A program made the translations under genes and the position numbers. DNA of 64,000 nucleotides from Stegostoma tigrinum (taxonomy: Eukaryota): positions 22,737,942-22,801,941 of the forward strand of contig NC_081383.1 of NCBI RefSeq assembly GCF_030684315.1, written 5' to 3'. Under the pieces are notes generated by a model that was not told the origin of the DNA, ran no database searches, and was given only the letters and a program-made list of their open reading frames with translations. How positions within the stretch are numbered: position 1 is the stretch's first letter; each line of letters begins with the position of its first letter. This document shows positions 50,812-63,188 of the stretch, piece after piece.

Positions 50812-53362
50812 TGCATGTAAAGGTTGCTTTTCTCTTGGGCTGGAAACTAAAAAATTGTGGAAAGTTCTAGATGCTTTGAGCAGTTAACCCATGAATCAAA
50901 ATTATTGTTGGAACTGTGAATTCTTCAAAGGGGAATCTCTGAAGTTACTCTGTAGGAGTCTACAGCAATAGAAACAAATTTTTGAGAATTTTGCTTCGGA
51001 TTTGAATGTTTTGCACATTTAAGCACTGGAAAGAAAAACATGGCAGTTGATCATGATTATTTCTTGGAAACAGAATGTTTTCCAAATGAAATGTATTTAC
51101 TCATTTTCCATCGGTGTGTCATGTCATGACCGTTAGTTTAGATCATGGGCAGGATAATTTACTTCTTTACTTTGTTAATCGGTCGGGTTACTCAGCTCGG
51201 GTGACCTGCCAAAGTATGTTTGAAACAAGGCAAACGCATTACTGCTTGTAGCATAAACAACCCCATGTAGTTCTTCTACCATTTGATGGACAGAAGGTTG
51301 CAATCTTAAAATTGTGATGTTGCTCAGCAGCTTAAAAATATGAAAATCTGTGCTAAAAGCAAGACATGGATCAATACATTTTAAATGCATGGCGATCTTG
51401 GTAGCATCACTGTGCAAATCCGATAGGTACAAGACCAATTTTAAATATTTGACCACCAGTGGACATTTGCCACCAGAATAAGATTCCACCAAGTGATGTA
51501 TAAACATACAGTCAACATCTGAGCTTAATTATATTGTAACCATAGGTTCACAGGGTAACAGCTAGTTTTCACTTCTGGCTTAAATTTATTATGATCCCAG
51601 AGAAGTACAAGGCATAATTAATGTGGTTTTACAAATCACAACACAAAAATGTTCCTAATGGAACCATCCCTGTAGGGTGCAACATTTTCTACTGTTAAGC
51701 AAGTATTGTTAAAAGGGTTGAGTTGTGACAGTGAATTAACTGTGCTGGCCTTCAGCATCTAGCTTTTAAACTCATGGCTGGTCTTTATGTAAAGTGGCTG
51801 AATTAGTACGATCTATAAGTCTGCGAGTGCACAGGCTGGTTTTCGAGGTTTGTGTAATATTGTTATGAAGCTTTAGCATGATATCACCAGTGCCTACTGC
51901 CATTGCCAGAGCTGCATATTTACTGTCTCAGGAAGACTGGCAGGAGTCAGAATGATCCAGTAAAGATAAGGCTGCGAGAGCCAGCAGCCAAAGATCAATA
52001 TAAAAATAGCTTCATTTGGCAGTAAACGTTTAATAAGTTCCCAAGAAATAGGCTGGTAGCCCAGCTGCCTAATACAGCAGAGTTACAACTGCGTATTAAC
52101 AAACAACCCAAAACTTCTCCACTTTCTTCTTTCAGATTTGATACATCAGCCTACGAAGCTGAGAGTTTACGCAATATCTACAGAAACTATACTTCATCTG
52201 TTTATGATAAAATAAACCAAGCAACACAAAGGCACATGGTGCTCCCTTAAGTAAATACAGGTGAAAAACTGGCTATTCCTCTTGTTTGAAGTGTTTGCCA
52301 ATTTACAAGGCAACAATTGCAGCATTAGGCATGAGTACAGGAAAAAAATACAGGACAGATTGGATTTCAGTATGTGTCAATGATTACTGAATATTTTGCG
52401 TCTTTTAAATGGACCCTATGTTAGTTCTTTCCATATTTGGAATTTAGATCATCCCACTGAAAGAAATCCTGTCCAAGGAATGATATACCATGAGCAAAGA
52501 GATCACAACCATGCTATGAAAAGTGACACTCAAGTTGCTCCCATTGTTCCACTTATTCGTTGACATGCCCTTTGCATCTGGCGTGGTCAGCACTTGTACA
52601 TATTATTGGTCAATTGGTCATGTAATTTCTTTGATCTTTTGTGAAATCTACTCAAAAGCCCTTTACTTTATTTGATTTTCCTTCATGTGCTTTGAGACTC
52701 TTTGCTTAACCACTTTGTTAGCTTTTTCACTCATGTTAAGAGCATAAAATCATACATTAACCCTACGCAGGATAATTTTGCTTCGAGAATGTTTCAAGGT
52801 AGAAGTGTAAAATTCCTGCTGCTGGAAGTATTCCTCAAGTTGACAATGCTGCCCACCATCTGATGGCAGTGTCGATGCAAACATTATGGTTCATTGACTT
52901 GAATGGTTAGTCAAATGCCTCCTTCCAGGTGACCTGTTGAAGACATTGATCTAGTTCTTGTGTTACTGTGCTTCTCATAAGGAGGAACAGCAGTGCAATA
53001 TTAGTATCCCTGCGAACCAGGTCAATTTAACATCAAATTCCCAGGCCTGACTGCTGAAGAGGTTTCTTTTAAATCTTTTCATAGATGTATTATGACTTAT
53101 TGCTAGACGACTAATGGGCTAAAATTCTGTTTCTGTATTCTTAGCACACAGCAGGAGCACATATCATGAGCTTGTGTAGGCTCAGTTAATAATTTTCAAT
53201 GGATAGAAGCTGACTTTATATCCAACCACAGATACCAGGTCTCAGCAGGTGGTCTCTGGGTCATACAATTTTCCAGTTGGAACTGGAAGGAATTTATTTG
53301 GAAGAATTTAAATGCAGTCCCGGAAACTGAAACAGCCAGACTTTATTTCTGAAACACTAAAA

Positions 53363-53492
53363 TCAAAATAAAGAACTGTGGATCATGGAAATCTGAAGCA
53401 AGACTAGAAAATGCTGGAAAAAGTCAGCAGAGTTTGGCAGCATCTGTGGAGAGAAAAGCAGAGTTAATATTTTGAGTCCAGTGACTCTTTTG
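53363..53492 (-). mobile_element. Family-2 PLE-like terminus
   Basis: Reverse complement matches 32402-32523; the ORF track gives the similar peptides HWTQNINSAF and HWTQNINFTF. Confidence 0.7.
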
Positions 53493-53495
53493 TCC

Positions 53496-53792
53496 ATCCC
53501 AAAATGCAATGAAGAGCCATTTGCATTGCTGTGAGTCTGGAGTCTCATGTAAGCTGGGCAAAGACAGCAGTTTTCCTTCCAAAAGCACAATAATGAGCCA
53601 GCTGAGTTTCTCACCAACAGCTGACAGTGATCTCATGGTCATTATTAAATAATTAATTTCCAATGTTTCTTTATACATTGAATTCAAATTCAAACATCTG
53701 CCCTGGCTGGATGGCAAGCCAGGTTCATTGTACATTACCAGGGTCGCCACATAAATAGTTTAGCAATAACACCAGTCGGCCATCGCCTCCCC
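53496..53792 (-). mobile_element. tRNA-derived SINE, same family as 11985-12288
   Basis: Head complement aataacaccagtcggccatcgcctcccc; body cattgctgtgagtctggagtctcatgta. Confidence 0.8.
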
Positions 53793-56499
53793 TGTCCTGT
53801 CCGGGTATGATGAGACAATACAATTGCTGTGGTCTGACCTTTCATATCAAATTTGAGATAAGAGCAAAGGGACAGAGCACAACTGAGTCTAATTATTGAA
53901 CCTCCTTGCAGCTTGTATGAAGAAAGAACATTTGCCATGGTTTGTGCACAGCCTGAACTGCCAGACAAAATCAATGTGCAAACTGTTAATAATGAAGTTG
54001 TTTTGTAGTACTGCACAGTGTGGACATGCTACTTCCTAAAAATGCAATAAAGTGACAAAGTAATTCCAGCAGAAATATGTGAATTGTGCCCACAAATTGT
54101 CCTTCAGTCCTCATCCCGCTGGATTTGCATTCCTAGCATCCACCTGCTCCATGCAGTCCAAAAATAAATATTATCCTTTTCTTTGATGAGTCCAGATTGC
54201 TTCCACAGTGGGGCAAACATCCAGCTATGTGGAGGCCAGAATGGCTCAAAACAGACAATAACTTGCACACTTAAGTCATGTCCTGATCAGGCCAATTCCT
54301 GCTTAATGCTATACCCTCAATGACATTTGTCTTGTATGGAAATTATACAGGTTTTAACCCTTACAAAGCATCTTTGAAGTGTGTGAAAATGTTTGATGCT
54401 TTATGCAACAGGGTCTGCATCATGTTCTCTGAATACCACTGCCAGAGTTGAGGAAAATTGTCAAAATCTGAGCGCAAACCAACAAAGTGCATGCCAATGT
54501 TATTCTTGAGTTGTTCCACTTCTCATGTTAGTGATTTTTTTTTCAGCGTGATGAAAAAGAAGAGTAAAGTTTCTTAGTGGAAAGCGCATGACTTACTGGT
54601 ACAGCACTGATGGACAATTTTGAATTCTAATGAGTTTTCAAACAGCCTTCAATGACTGGAGATGACTTGACATCATTACGGATATGCTTATGAGATGTAT
54701 GTACTGTTCTGAACGGAAATCTGACTTGACAGGAAGTCTATTTCATAAATGGCCAATGATTCAATGTATCATACAGGCAGAACAGAGCTTTGACATGTGC
54801 CCTTACAAAAATTATTTTACAATTGACAATAAAAAAAATGAACAGCTGTAAACCAGACTCCTCGGGGTGTGGTATGATGGGGAAAGGGTGAAGATGAGTG
54901 AGTTATATTCTCCGCAGTTTTCTGCTTTATTTCAGTTTTTGCTCTCAACTCCAAATCCTTGAATTTTCCACTTTTCTCCCTCATTCTGTGCACCTTGATA
55001 TATGTCTGCTTTCAGTAAAGCACATCATCACAACCATGCTTCAAAACAGCTGAAAAGCCATTTTATTGTTACAAGATGAACAGTTATTGAATCCAAAAAA
55101 CACATCAAAGGTTTTTGTAGCAAAGGGAGAAACAGCATACATAAGTGTCCTTGTTTAATGCCATGGATTTATACATGGTAGCAACTTGTAGACTCCATAC
55201 CACAAGCATTGTTTTGTTATGATGGGAAAATGCTCTTAACATTGCAAGCAAGTCAATATGTCATAACAGTGAGCTCTATTCCTCTTTTCAGGGAGCTGGG
55301 TATGCACTCAGGAAACATTGACTTAAAAATGACAAAAGTGTCACAAACACTTTAATTTTAGATAGTAGCACATGGCCTACTTGGGCATGAAGGAAAGCAA
55401 CAGTTTCTTAAAATATATACTAACCATGCTGTACTGACTCAAAACAACCCTAGCAAGGATTGGAAGTTAGATAGCAGCGTTAGCAAATGGCATGGCACAT
55501 TCCATGTAGGGAATGTAATACCATAAGATTTTTGATTGCTACAATAACAAATTAATATACCCATATACAATCACTGTATCCAAGGGGTTTGTGATATTTC
55601 TAATCGTCAAATTATATGGCTACATATTGTCTCCACAAAGCAAGGAGAGCCCAAATAGACCACTTGCCATTGCAAAGATAATTATGCACCTGAACACCAA
55701 TGATTGCTTGCAATATGGAGCAGACACTGCACAGTGAAGAGCCCAAGGGTAGGATATTACTTTCTTTGGGTAGTGACAGGTACAGGTGGATACAGGACAA
55801 CTGAACCACCATCTCTCCCCCTCATCAACGCCACCCCTGACATGGTGAAACAGGAAGTCCATTGGAACTTGCACCTATCAGGCACCTATATGGTCAACTG
55901 GTGGGACTTCTTGCTGAATCACTTCCTGGGAAAGCAATGTCCTGTCACACCTGAAGCTGCCAGTTAAAGACCAACAGCACCTGTGAGCCATGGCACCACT
56001 TCTGATGTCTAAGCTGCAGGCAGCACAACAATACGCAGTGACCTCAAACAGCAGGCTGACTAGGTAATGTTGTAAGGAAATTGTTGTTTTGTGGGTGATA
56101 AGAGAATGGACAGGAGATGCATCAGTGGCCACCTTCATCCATCCCTGTCTTCAATCATCCTCAGATTAGAGTCCAATTGAGTTCTGACATTAGCAAACAG
56201 ACTACTGTGAGCAAGCAAGCTGCCAGTGTTTTCATCTGCGGGGAATGATGCTGGTGAGAAGAGCCCCTTATATGATCATTAATTGACTATTTGAGGGTCT
56301 CAATTGGAGGAGAGGCAGATCTTAATTCATGTGGTGGTAGTAAGGTAGCAGGTATTTTCCTGATGCTAACACAATCAATTAGCATCTCCCCACCACCCTT
56401 TCCACCTTGAAGAAACATGAATTATGACGCAAAACACTGAAAAAGACTAGAAATGAATATACTTGCAGAAATATCGATGCCAACTGGAACAAAAGCAAA

Positions 56500-56597
56500 A
56501 TATTTTGGATACTGGAACTCAGAAATAAAACAGTAAGTGCTGGAAAACTCAGCAGGCATGACATGATCTTCAGGGAGGGAAACAGAGGGAATGTTTC
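56500..56597 (-). mobile_element. Decayed family-2 PLE-like terminus
   Basis: ggatactggaactcagaaataaaacagtaagtgctggaaaactcagcagg. Confidence 0.5.
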
Positions 56598-57247
56598 ATA
56601 TTGAAATTTGCACCTCCAAAGCAGCATCACATCTGACTCTAAACATTATCTCAGTTTCCCGAAACTAGATGTTAAATGTTGTAGGTTAACATGCTGTGTT
56701 CTCACATTAACAGACACACATGCTTTACTAAGCTTATTTTCAAACTGCTCGGGCAGTATTGGATACTGTGGAACCATTTGCCTCCATACATACTGGATTA
56801 AAGAGCAACTTGGGTAGTTAGTGGGAGGATTCAATGCTTATTTATGTGCTGGCATCTCTTGAATGATGTCATGGAGTACCAATTGTACACATGTACCATT
56901 TTGATAACATTAGCAGTATCAATAGTGGAGAGTTCAGACTATTAACACAGCGAGAACATTTATCCAGAATGCTTCCACTGCTGCTATGGAAACAACAGAT
57001 TAAAACATGAGACACACTGATGTTACAGTGCACATTACGTGAAGCAGCAAGCTTTTTGAAGCATGCAACTCCTAGACTCTCTATGCTCTGATTTCTTTCA
57101 TCCTTTTAGAAGACCTTGAGTGACTTGGACTATATTGTCAGCAATAATATTGAGACAACATAGTAATAGCTTTGGTATCCTAACAGGAACTGTAACAAGT
57201 TGAAGCATCTTGAATGGGTTCTGGTCAGAACAGCAAAGTAGGTTAAA

Positions 57248-57469
57248 TGTTAAAGTAAGGTATAGGTAAAGTCGCCATAGTCTCAGAGAACCAGAGGACG
57301 GCTGTCTCACTGGAGAGATGACTGGTGGAAAGCTTAACCTGAGGATTACCAGGCCTCAGGCCAAGGTTGAGAAGGTGATTCCTTCAAGGTAATCGCAGCT
57401 GACTCAGGAATCGGGCCTGCATTGTTGGCAACACTCAGCATTTCAAACCAGACATCCAGCCAATTCAGC
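57248..57469 (-). mobile_element. tRNA-derived SINE (fourth family)
   Basis: Minus strand gctgaattggctggatgtctggttt head and gagactatggcgactttacctataccttacttta short-repeat tail. Confidence 0.55.
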
Positions 57470-58129
57470 GTTAAGGTATGAACCATTTGCAAGGTTAAAA
57501 AAAAGGAAAATTTTCTTCTCTCAGTTAATCACACTTTGCTCTACTATTGAGTCAGGACATCCCTTGACTTCAAATTCAGAATCATTCCATTAGTGAGAAA
57601 CAAAAACTGCTATCATATTGTGTGTTTGCAGCTGTCTACAAGTGTTGGTTCCTTCCAACCTCTCAGAATCAATTTGTCCCACTACTAAAACACACAGAAA
57701 AAGCTAGAATCAAGATTTATCTTGGTCAGCTCGCCAAATATTTTCCTAATCTGTTAGTCAACTGAACTCCTTCAGAACTGTCACAGAATTCATAAAGTAC
57801 AGTGGGAACCATTCAGCTCATGTTAGCACTGGCTCCCCAAATAAGCATCTAACCCAGTTAAAGGCTAGGAATATTACATCAAGTAATAATTCCTGACTCC
57901 CAAAGCCCATCTATCATCTACAAGGAGTATGATGGAATACCCGCCACTTGCAAAGAAAAGTACAGCTCCAACAACCCTCAGGAAACTTGCCACCATCTGG
58001 GACAAAACAGCCTGCTTGATTAGTACCATATCCACAAGCATCCATTCCCTTCAACATCAATGCTCAGTAGCAGCAATGTGTACTATCGCCAAGACATACT
58101 GCAGAAATTCACTAAAAATCCTTAGAAAG

Positions 58130-58364
58130 TGAAATAACTCCAGAAATCAGTATCCTATTCACTAAGTCACTCTTTATTTACATGTGAAAAGCCCTCGGCA
58201 CTGATTTAGATCCCTCCAAGCCAGCTCACAGAGTGAGCAGGATGGCTGACACTCCTATTTTTATCTGCCAGCCAGGGCTCCCTGATTGGACCAGATTATC
58301 AACCCCAATCAGGGAACTTATATTCCATGAGGTCCACCCGGCTGACGTCATTACAATCACTACA
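58130..58364 (-). repeat. 3' LTR
   Basis: tgaaataactcc...aatcactaca; minus-strand AATAAA at 58173-58178. Confidence 0.9.
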
Positions 58365-58639
58365 TCCCTCTCCCTCTGAGTTCAAGGACATAGGCTGGTT
58401 CTTTTTCTTGTAGGCCTCCTGGAGTATTTCAGCACCAGGTCAGGCTCCTTCAACTCTGCAACGGACAGAGGCAACATGTAACACAAAGGAGCGCTCTTGC
58501 GTCAGAGCCTCTTGGCAGAAATTCACCCTCTTCTTTTGGTGGCAAAAGCAATGATGTGGGAAGATCTGTCATGCCTATCTCAGAGTTGGGGGTCTCTTCA
58601 ACACTTGATGGAGAGGGAGAACCCAATGATTTCAGAACA

Positions 58640-61060
58640 GTCAGAGGAGTTGGGTAAGTTTTGCTTTTTTATGGTCCACATGCTTGGTCAGGCACATCAT
58701 GCCTGCCCGAACTTTATATGTGACTGGTCCTGACCTCGCATCGACTAAACTTCTTAACCAAGCAGGGACATTTCCATGGCTCCTAGACCACACTTTTTCT
58801 CTTGAGTAGACTGTCTCTATCATTTTATGGAGGCTTGGGTTCAGCACTGGTGTTCCTATTTCATCATACCTCTCTGTCTGGGAATATCAGATTTAACCTG
58901 GTATGGGGTCTTCTCCCCAAGAACAACTCCAGTGGAGCTATCCCTGAACTTGAATGAGGGCTGGTTCTACAATTAAACAGGAGCCAGAACAGCGGCTGTT
59001 TCTTTGAACCTGCCTTCAAAGTTTGGACTGCTCTTTCTGCCAGGCCATTGGATGATGAATGATACACCGTCCTCATCTGTTGAATGCTATTCAGCTTTAG
59101 GAAATACTTAAGTTCTCTGCTGCTAAACAATGGTGTATTATCTGTGAACAACACTTTCCGGATTCCAGTATTGCAAAAGATGTGTGCAGTCTGTTTATCG
59201 TCATTCCTGTTTTTGACAAATGAACTTTATGGACATCCAACCACTTTAAGTGGGTGTCTACAATGACTAAGAATATTGAGCCCATGAAGAGACCTGTATA
59301 GTTGATGTGTAACTAAGTCTAGGGTTTACATGACTATTCCCATGAATGTGGGGGAGCTGCTGGTGGTAACTTTTGTCCTTGTCAGCACTCTGTGCCCCTG
59401 GGAGGTGACCAAAGCATCCACATTTGCTACTTGGGCTCTGGATGGTGTTTCAACTTGTAATTATATGCACTTAGTATCACAGCCCACCGCTGAATTCAGC
59501 CTGAAGCTATGGTTAGTGCTGGCTTGTCCTCTTTAAGTAGCCCTAGCAGTGGTTCATCATCTGTTATTACAAACTTACATCCACAGAGGTACTGGTGCAA
59601 ATTCCTAATTTCAAATATGACTGTCAAACCATCTCTGGGTGTATTTACGTTCTGAGTTAGCCGAAGTCCTGGATGCATACGCTATTGGACGTTCCTCTCT
59701 ATTAGGCCACCTATGAGCTAATACCACCTGATAATATATAGGGAGACATTACATGTCAATATCTGGTCGCACTTAGTATCATAATGTATTAGTGCCTTAA
59801 GGATGATACCCGTTTCTTCACTTCCCTGAACGCTATGGCTCGGCTGCACGACCATTTCTAAGGCTAACACTTTTATAGGAGTTGATGCAAAGATGTCAGG
59901 ATGGAGGCCAGGTTGTGTAGGAACTTCCCATAATAATTCACCAGCCTGAGGAAAGGCGTTTGCTTGGCTATATATTTGGGGGCCAGGGCATCTTTGAACA
60001 CCCTCACTTTATCTTCCAACGGGTGTAACCCGGTTTTGTTGACCCTGTAGCCCAAGTAGGTCACATGGCATGCCTGGAACACAGATTTTTCTCTTCTAAG
60101 GTGTACACCTGCTTGGGAGAAGCAACTAAGGTCTATGACAAAGTTCTCTAAATGATCCTTATTGGTATTCCCTGTTATTAGCACATCATCCAGATAAATC
60201 GCGACCTTAGGTAGACCTTGTAAAATGTTCTGCATTGTCCTCTAAAAAATTGCACAGGTTGATGATATCCCAAATGGCAGCCTAATATATTGGGACAAAA
60301 CCTTTTGGGTATTAATTGTACCATACTTCTAGGAATCCTCGTCTAACCATAATTGCAGGCACACATGACTCGCTTCGTGAAGGACAGCCACGCTTTGCGC
60401 ATAAATCCTCCATGTGAGGGATTGAGTATTTATCCAGCTGTGAGAAGTGATTTACCATCTGTTTAAAATCCCCCCAAAAGCAAGCCAACCCATTGGGCTT
60501 CAAACCTGGTGCAGCTGGTGCTGCCCATTCTGCAAACTGGACTGGTTTGAAGATTCATTTGCTCTCCAGCCTCTGATTTCAGCATCTACTTTTGCCTATA
60601 AGGCAAATGGCACTGGGCGGGTCTTGCAGAATCATGGAAAAGCTTCCTGGTCAACATGCAAGGTGGTTTAGCTCCTTTGGCAGCTTCCTAAAAAAATTTT
60701 TGGGTATTTAGTTAGGACTTCACTCAGGCAGCCATTTTCTAATCCAAAAATGCGGAGCCAATCCCGGGGAATGTTTTTCAACCAACTTTACCCCAGTCCA
60801 AGCCTCTTGCTACAATGACTGTTATCTGAGCCAGCTACTTCTCATAAGAGATTGGAACTGAAGTTGTACACTTAATCTGTAAAGGTTCCCTGGTATAGAT
60901 TCTCAGTCCAGCTGAAATCTCATGCAACCTCAGGGGTTGGAGGCCAGAGTGAAGTCAGGTTGTACGATCGCTGAAATGGTTGTGCCGGTGTCGAACTCTA
61001 TTAAAACCGGATGACCATTCAACCATATGCTTATTTTGATTGATTCTGATTTGGATGCTG
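58640..61060 (-). pseudogene. Gypsy pol remnants (protease, RT, RNase H, integrase)
   Basis: IEFDTGTTIS (protease), VAIYLDDVLITG (RT), HQYLCGCKFVITDDEPLLGLL (RNase H), FLVIVDTHLKW, TDN and YHSSSNGLAERAVQTLK (integrase); many stops and frameshifts. Confidence 0.92.
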
Positions 61061-61930
61061 CTAAGCAATCTAACTGTTCCAAACCAGATGCAAGTGGCCT
61101 TTCCAAGGTGGGCACCCTCCTGGATACCAGCCTATGAGTTCTCCTGTGCTGTCTCAAGTCTGAAGAGTGGCAACTATAACTACAGTGGTGTGCCAACCTG
61201 GATCTTGAAGAAAATTTTAACTGTTTGGCTGATGCTTGGCTTTCTTTTGAGGTTTTGCTGTGGGCTCACCAAGAGTCCCTCTGCTCAGGATGTGTCCTGA
61301 GTGTGGATATGCAATTGCCTTTAGTCAAGTGGTATTTCCCAAACTCAGTCAGGCTGCTGAGTGTGTACACTTCCAAAAAATGTCCTGTGACTCATATGCT
61401 CTACTTGCCACATTTTCTAATGAGAAATCCAGTTGTCATGCCTTTTTGAAGTCCAGTCAGCCTTCAGCTAGTAGTTGCTTCTGCAAAGTTACATAATTAA
61501 TCCTGCATACCAAACTGTCTCTCAGCTTCTCATTAAGGGTTAAAACAAAGTGACATGCCTCTGCTAGTTGTTGTAACCTATTCAAAAATCCCTACAAGGA
61601 AAAATAACAGCATCTCAGAGGCTTGCGGTCTTACTATTCCTTAACTAAATCTGTCAAGTCTTGAAAGGTTTTAGTACCTTGTGCATCAGGGAAAGTTAGG
61701 CTCCTCATAACCAAAAAAAGCTGTGGGTCCACAATCTGTCAGAAGGCTTGCTGCTCTTCATCTACCCCAACATCATTCGTCTGGAAAAAAATAACGCATT
61801 ACTTCCACATACTGGGCCGAACAAGCCAAGCTTCCCAAATAACAGCATGATGCCAGAAATGCTCATGCCAACTCAAAGCTGAGTGTTGCGAATGTGTTTC
61901 TTCAGGAATATGATTTACTCTCAGTCCCAC

Positions 61931-62151
61931 TGAAATAACTCCAGAGAGGTCAGTATCCTATCACCAAGCTACTCTTTAATTACACATGGAAAGTCCTAGA
62001 GACCAGTCCAGCTCCCTCAGAACCAGCTGTCAGAGTCAACAGAACCTCTGACACTCCTCTTTTTATCTGTCACCCAGGGTTCCCTGATTGCACCAGACTA
62101 ACAGCCCAATCAGGAAACTTATATCTAGCTAATCTCATTATAATCACTACA
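61931..62151 (-). repeat. 5' LTR
   Basis: Direct repeat of 58130-58364; roughly one position in five differs by eye count. Confidence 0.9.
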
Positions 62152-62963
62152 GACAGCACCTTACAAACCCATGACCACTTCCATCTAGAAGGACAAAGGC
62201 ACCACATATGTCACAGCACCACCAAATATAAGTTCCCCCCCTAGCCACTCACCATCCAGACTTGGAATTCTATCATTATTCCTTCACTATCATTCTGTCA
62301 AGATCCGGGATTCTCTCCCTAATGGTATATAGGTCACCCACAGCATGTGGACCAAAGAGGTTCAAGAATGCAGCTCATTAACACCTTCTCACAGGCAACT
62401 ACGGGCAGACAATAAATGCTAGACAGCCAGCAACACCCATGTCCCACAAATTAATAAAAACAATTCAACCTGCCTGCACCTCATTGTCAGGCAGTGCATT
62501 CCAGACCCTAATCACTCACTATGTGAAAATGTTTCTTTTCATAACAGTTCCTCAAATATCATGAAGGTTACTTGGAGCTTCTCTAGTGACCATATTGAAA
62601 TTGTTATTTGTTTACTAAACATTTCCAATCTGTGCCAAAGTTATAATTTCACATACTGAAAAAATTGCAATTAAATAAACAGAAAACAAAAATTCGGACT
62701 GAGTAACAGATTGGCTGTTTGCAGTGCTTCTTGTAAACAAGTTAAGTTAATAACCACACAGCATAACATTTCTAATACTTCAGAGAAACATTCAGAAATA
62801 CCAACTGATATCAATTAAACTAAAATGCCAGAAAGCAATATTTCTGTTTACAACTATTGTCTAATGCTCAGGTGTGATCACGCTGCGTTCAATGTAGGGG
62901 CAATTTTCATTCTGCATTTCTGCTTAGAAACTACCACTACTTACCACCTGAGAAAGACACTTG

Positions 62964-63188
62964 CAAATTCCTCTCCAAGCCACACACCATACTGACTTGG
63001 AAGTATATCACCATTCCTTCACTGTCACTGTGTCAGAATCCTGGAACTACATCTCTAACAGTATTGTGGGTATACCGAAATAATGGACTGAAGTAGTTTA
63101 AAAGGGGGCTCACTACCTTCTCAAGGGAAATCAAGGATAACCAATAAATGGTGACCCTCCAGCAATGTCTACATTCTGTGAAAAAAAT
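62964..63188 (+). mobile_element. LINE 3' end, same family as 62152-62460
   Basis: caagccacacaccatactgacttggaagtatatcaccattccttcactg...caataaatg...A-rich end. Confidence 0.8.

Larger units (their letters stand above)
58130..62151 (-). mobile_element. Decayed Ty3/Gypsy LTR retrotransposon, complete structure
   Basis: Two LTRs, TG...CA on the minus strand; polypurine tract 58365-58377; PBS-like gtgggactgagag next to the 5' LTR; 5-bp TSD gaaag/gacag; domain order PR-RT-RH-IN. Confidence 0.93.
57862..62460 (+). mobile_element. LINE 3' portion (parts 57862-58129 and 62152-62460) split by the Gypsy element
   Basis: RLGIL...MMEYPPLA...APTTLRKLATIWDKTACLI; aaatccttag|acagcacc is continuous across the insertion; tail caataaatgct...gtcccacaaattaataaaaa. 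Confidence 0.85.
57775..62545 (-). mobile_element. Old CR1 3' end (parts about 57775-57861 and 62461-62545) hosting nested insertions
   Basis: Tail-like acagaattcataaagtacagtgggaaccattcagctc on the left; aacctgcctgcacc...ggcagtgcattccagaccctaatcactc on the right. Confidence 0.55.

Noticed and set aside
55780-56140. KVATDASP peptide suggesting a retroelement RNase H
   Set aside because: No downstream RNase H motifs or neighbouring pol domains
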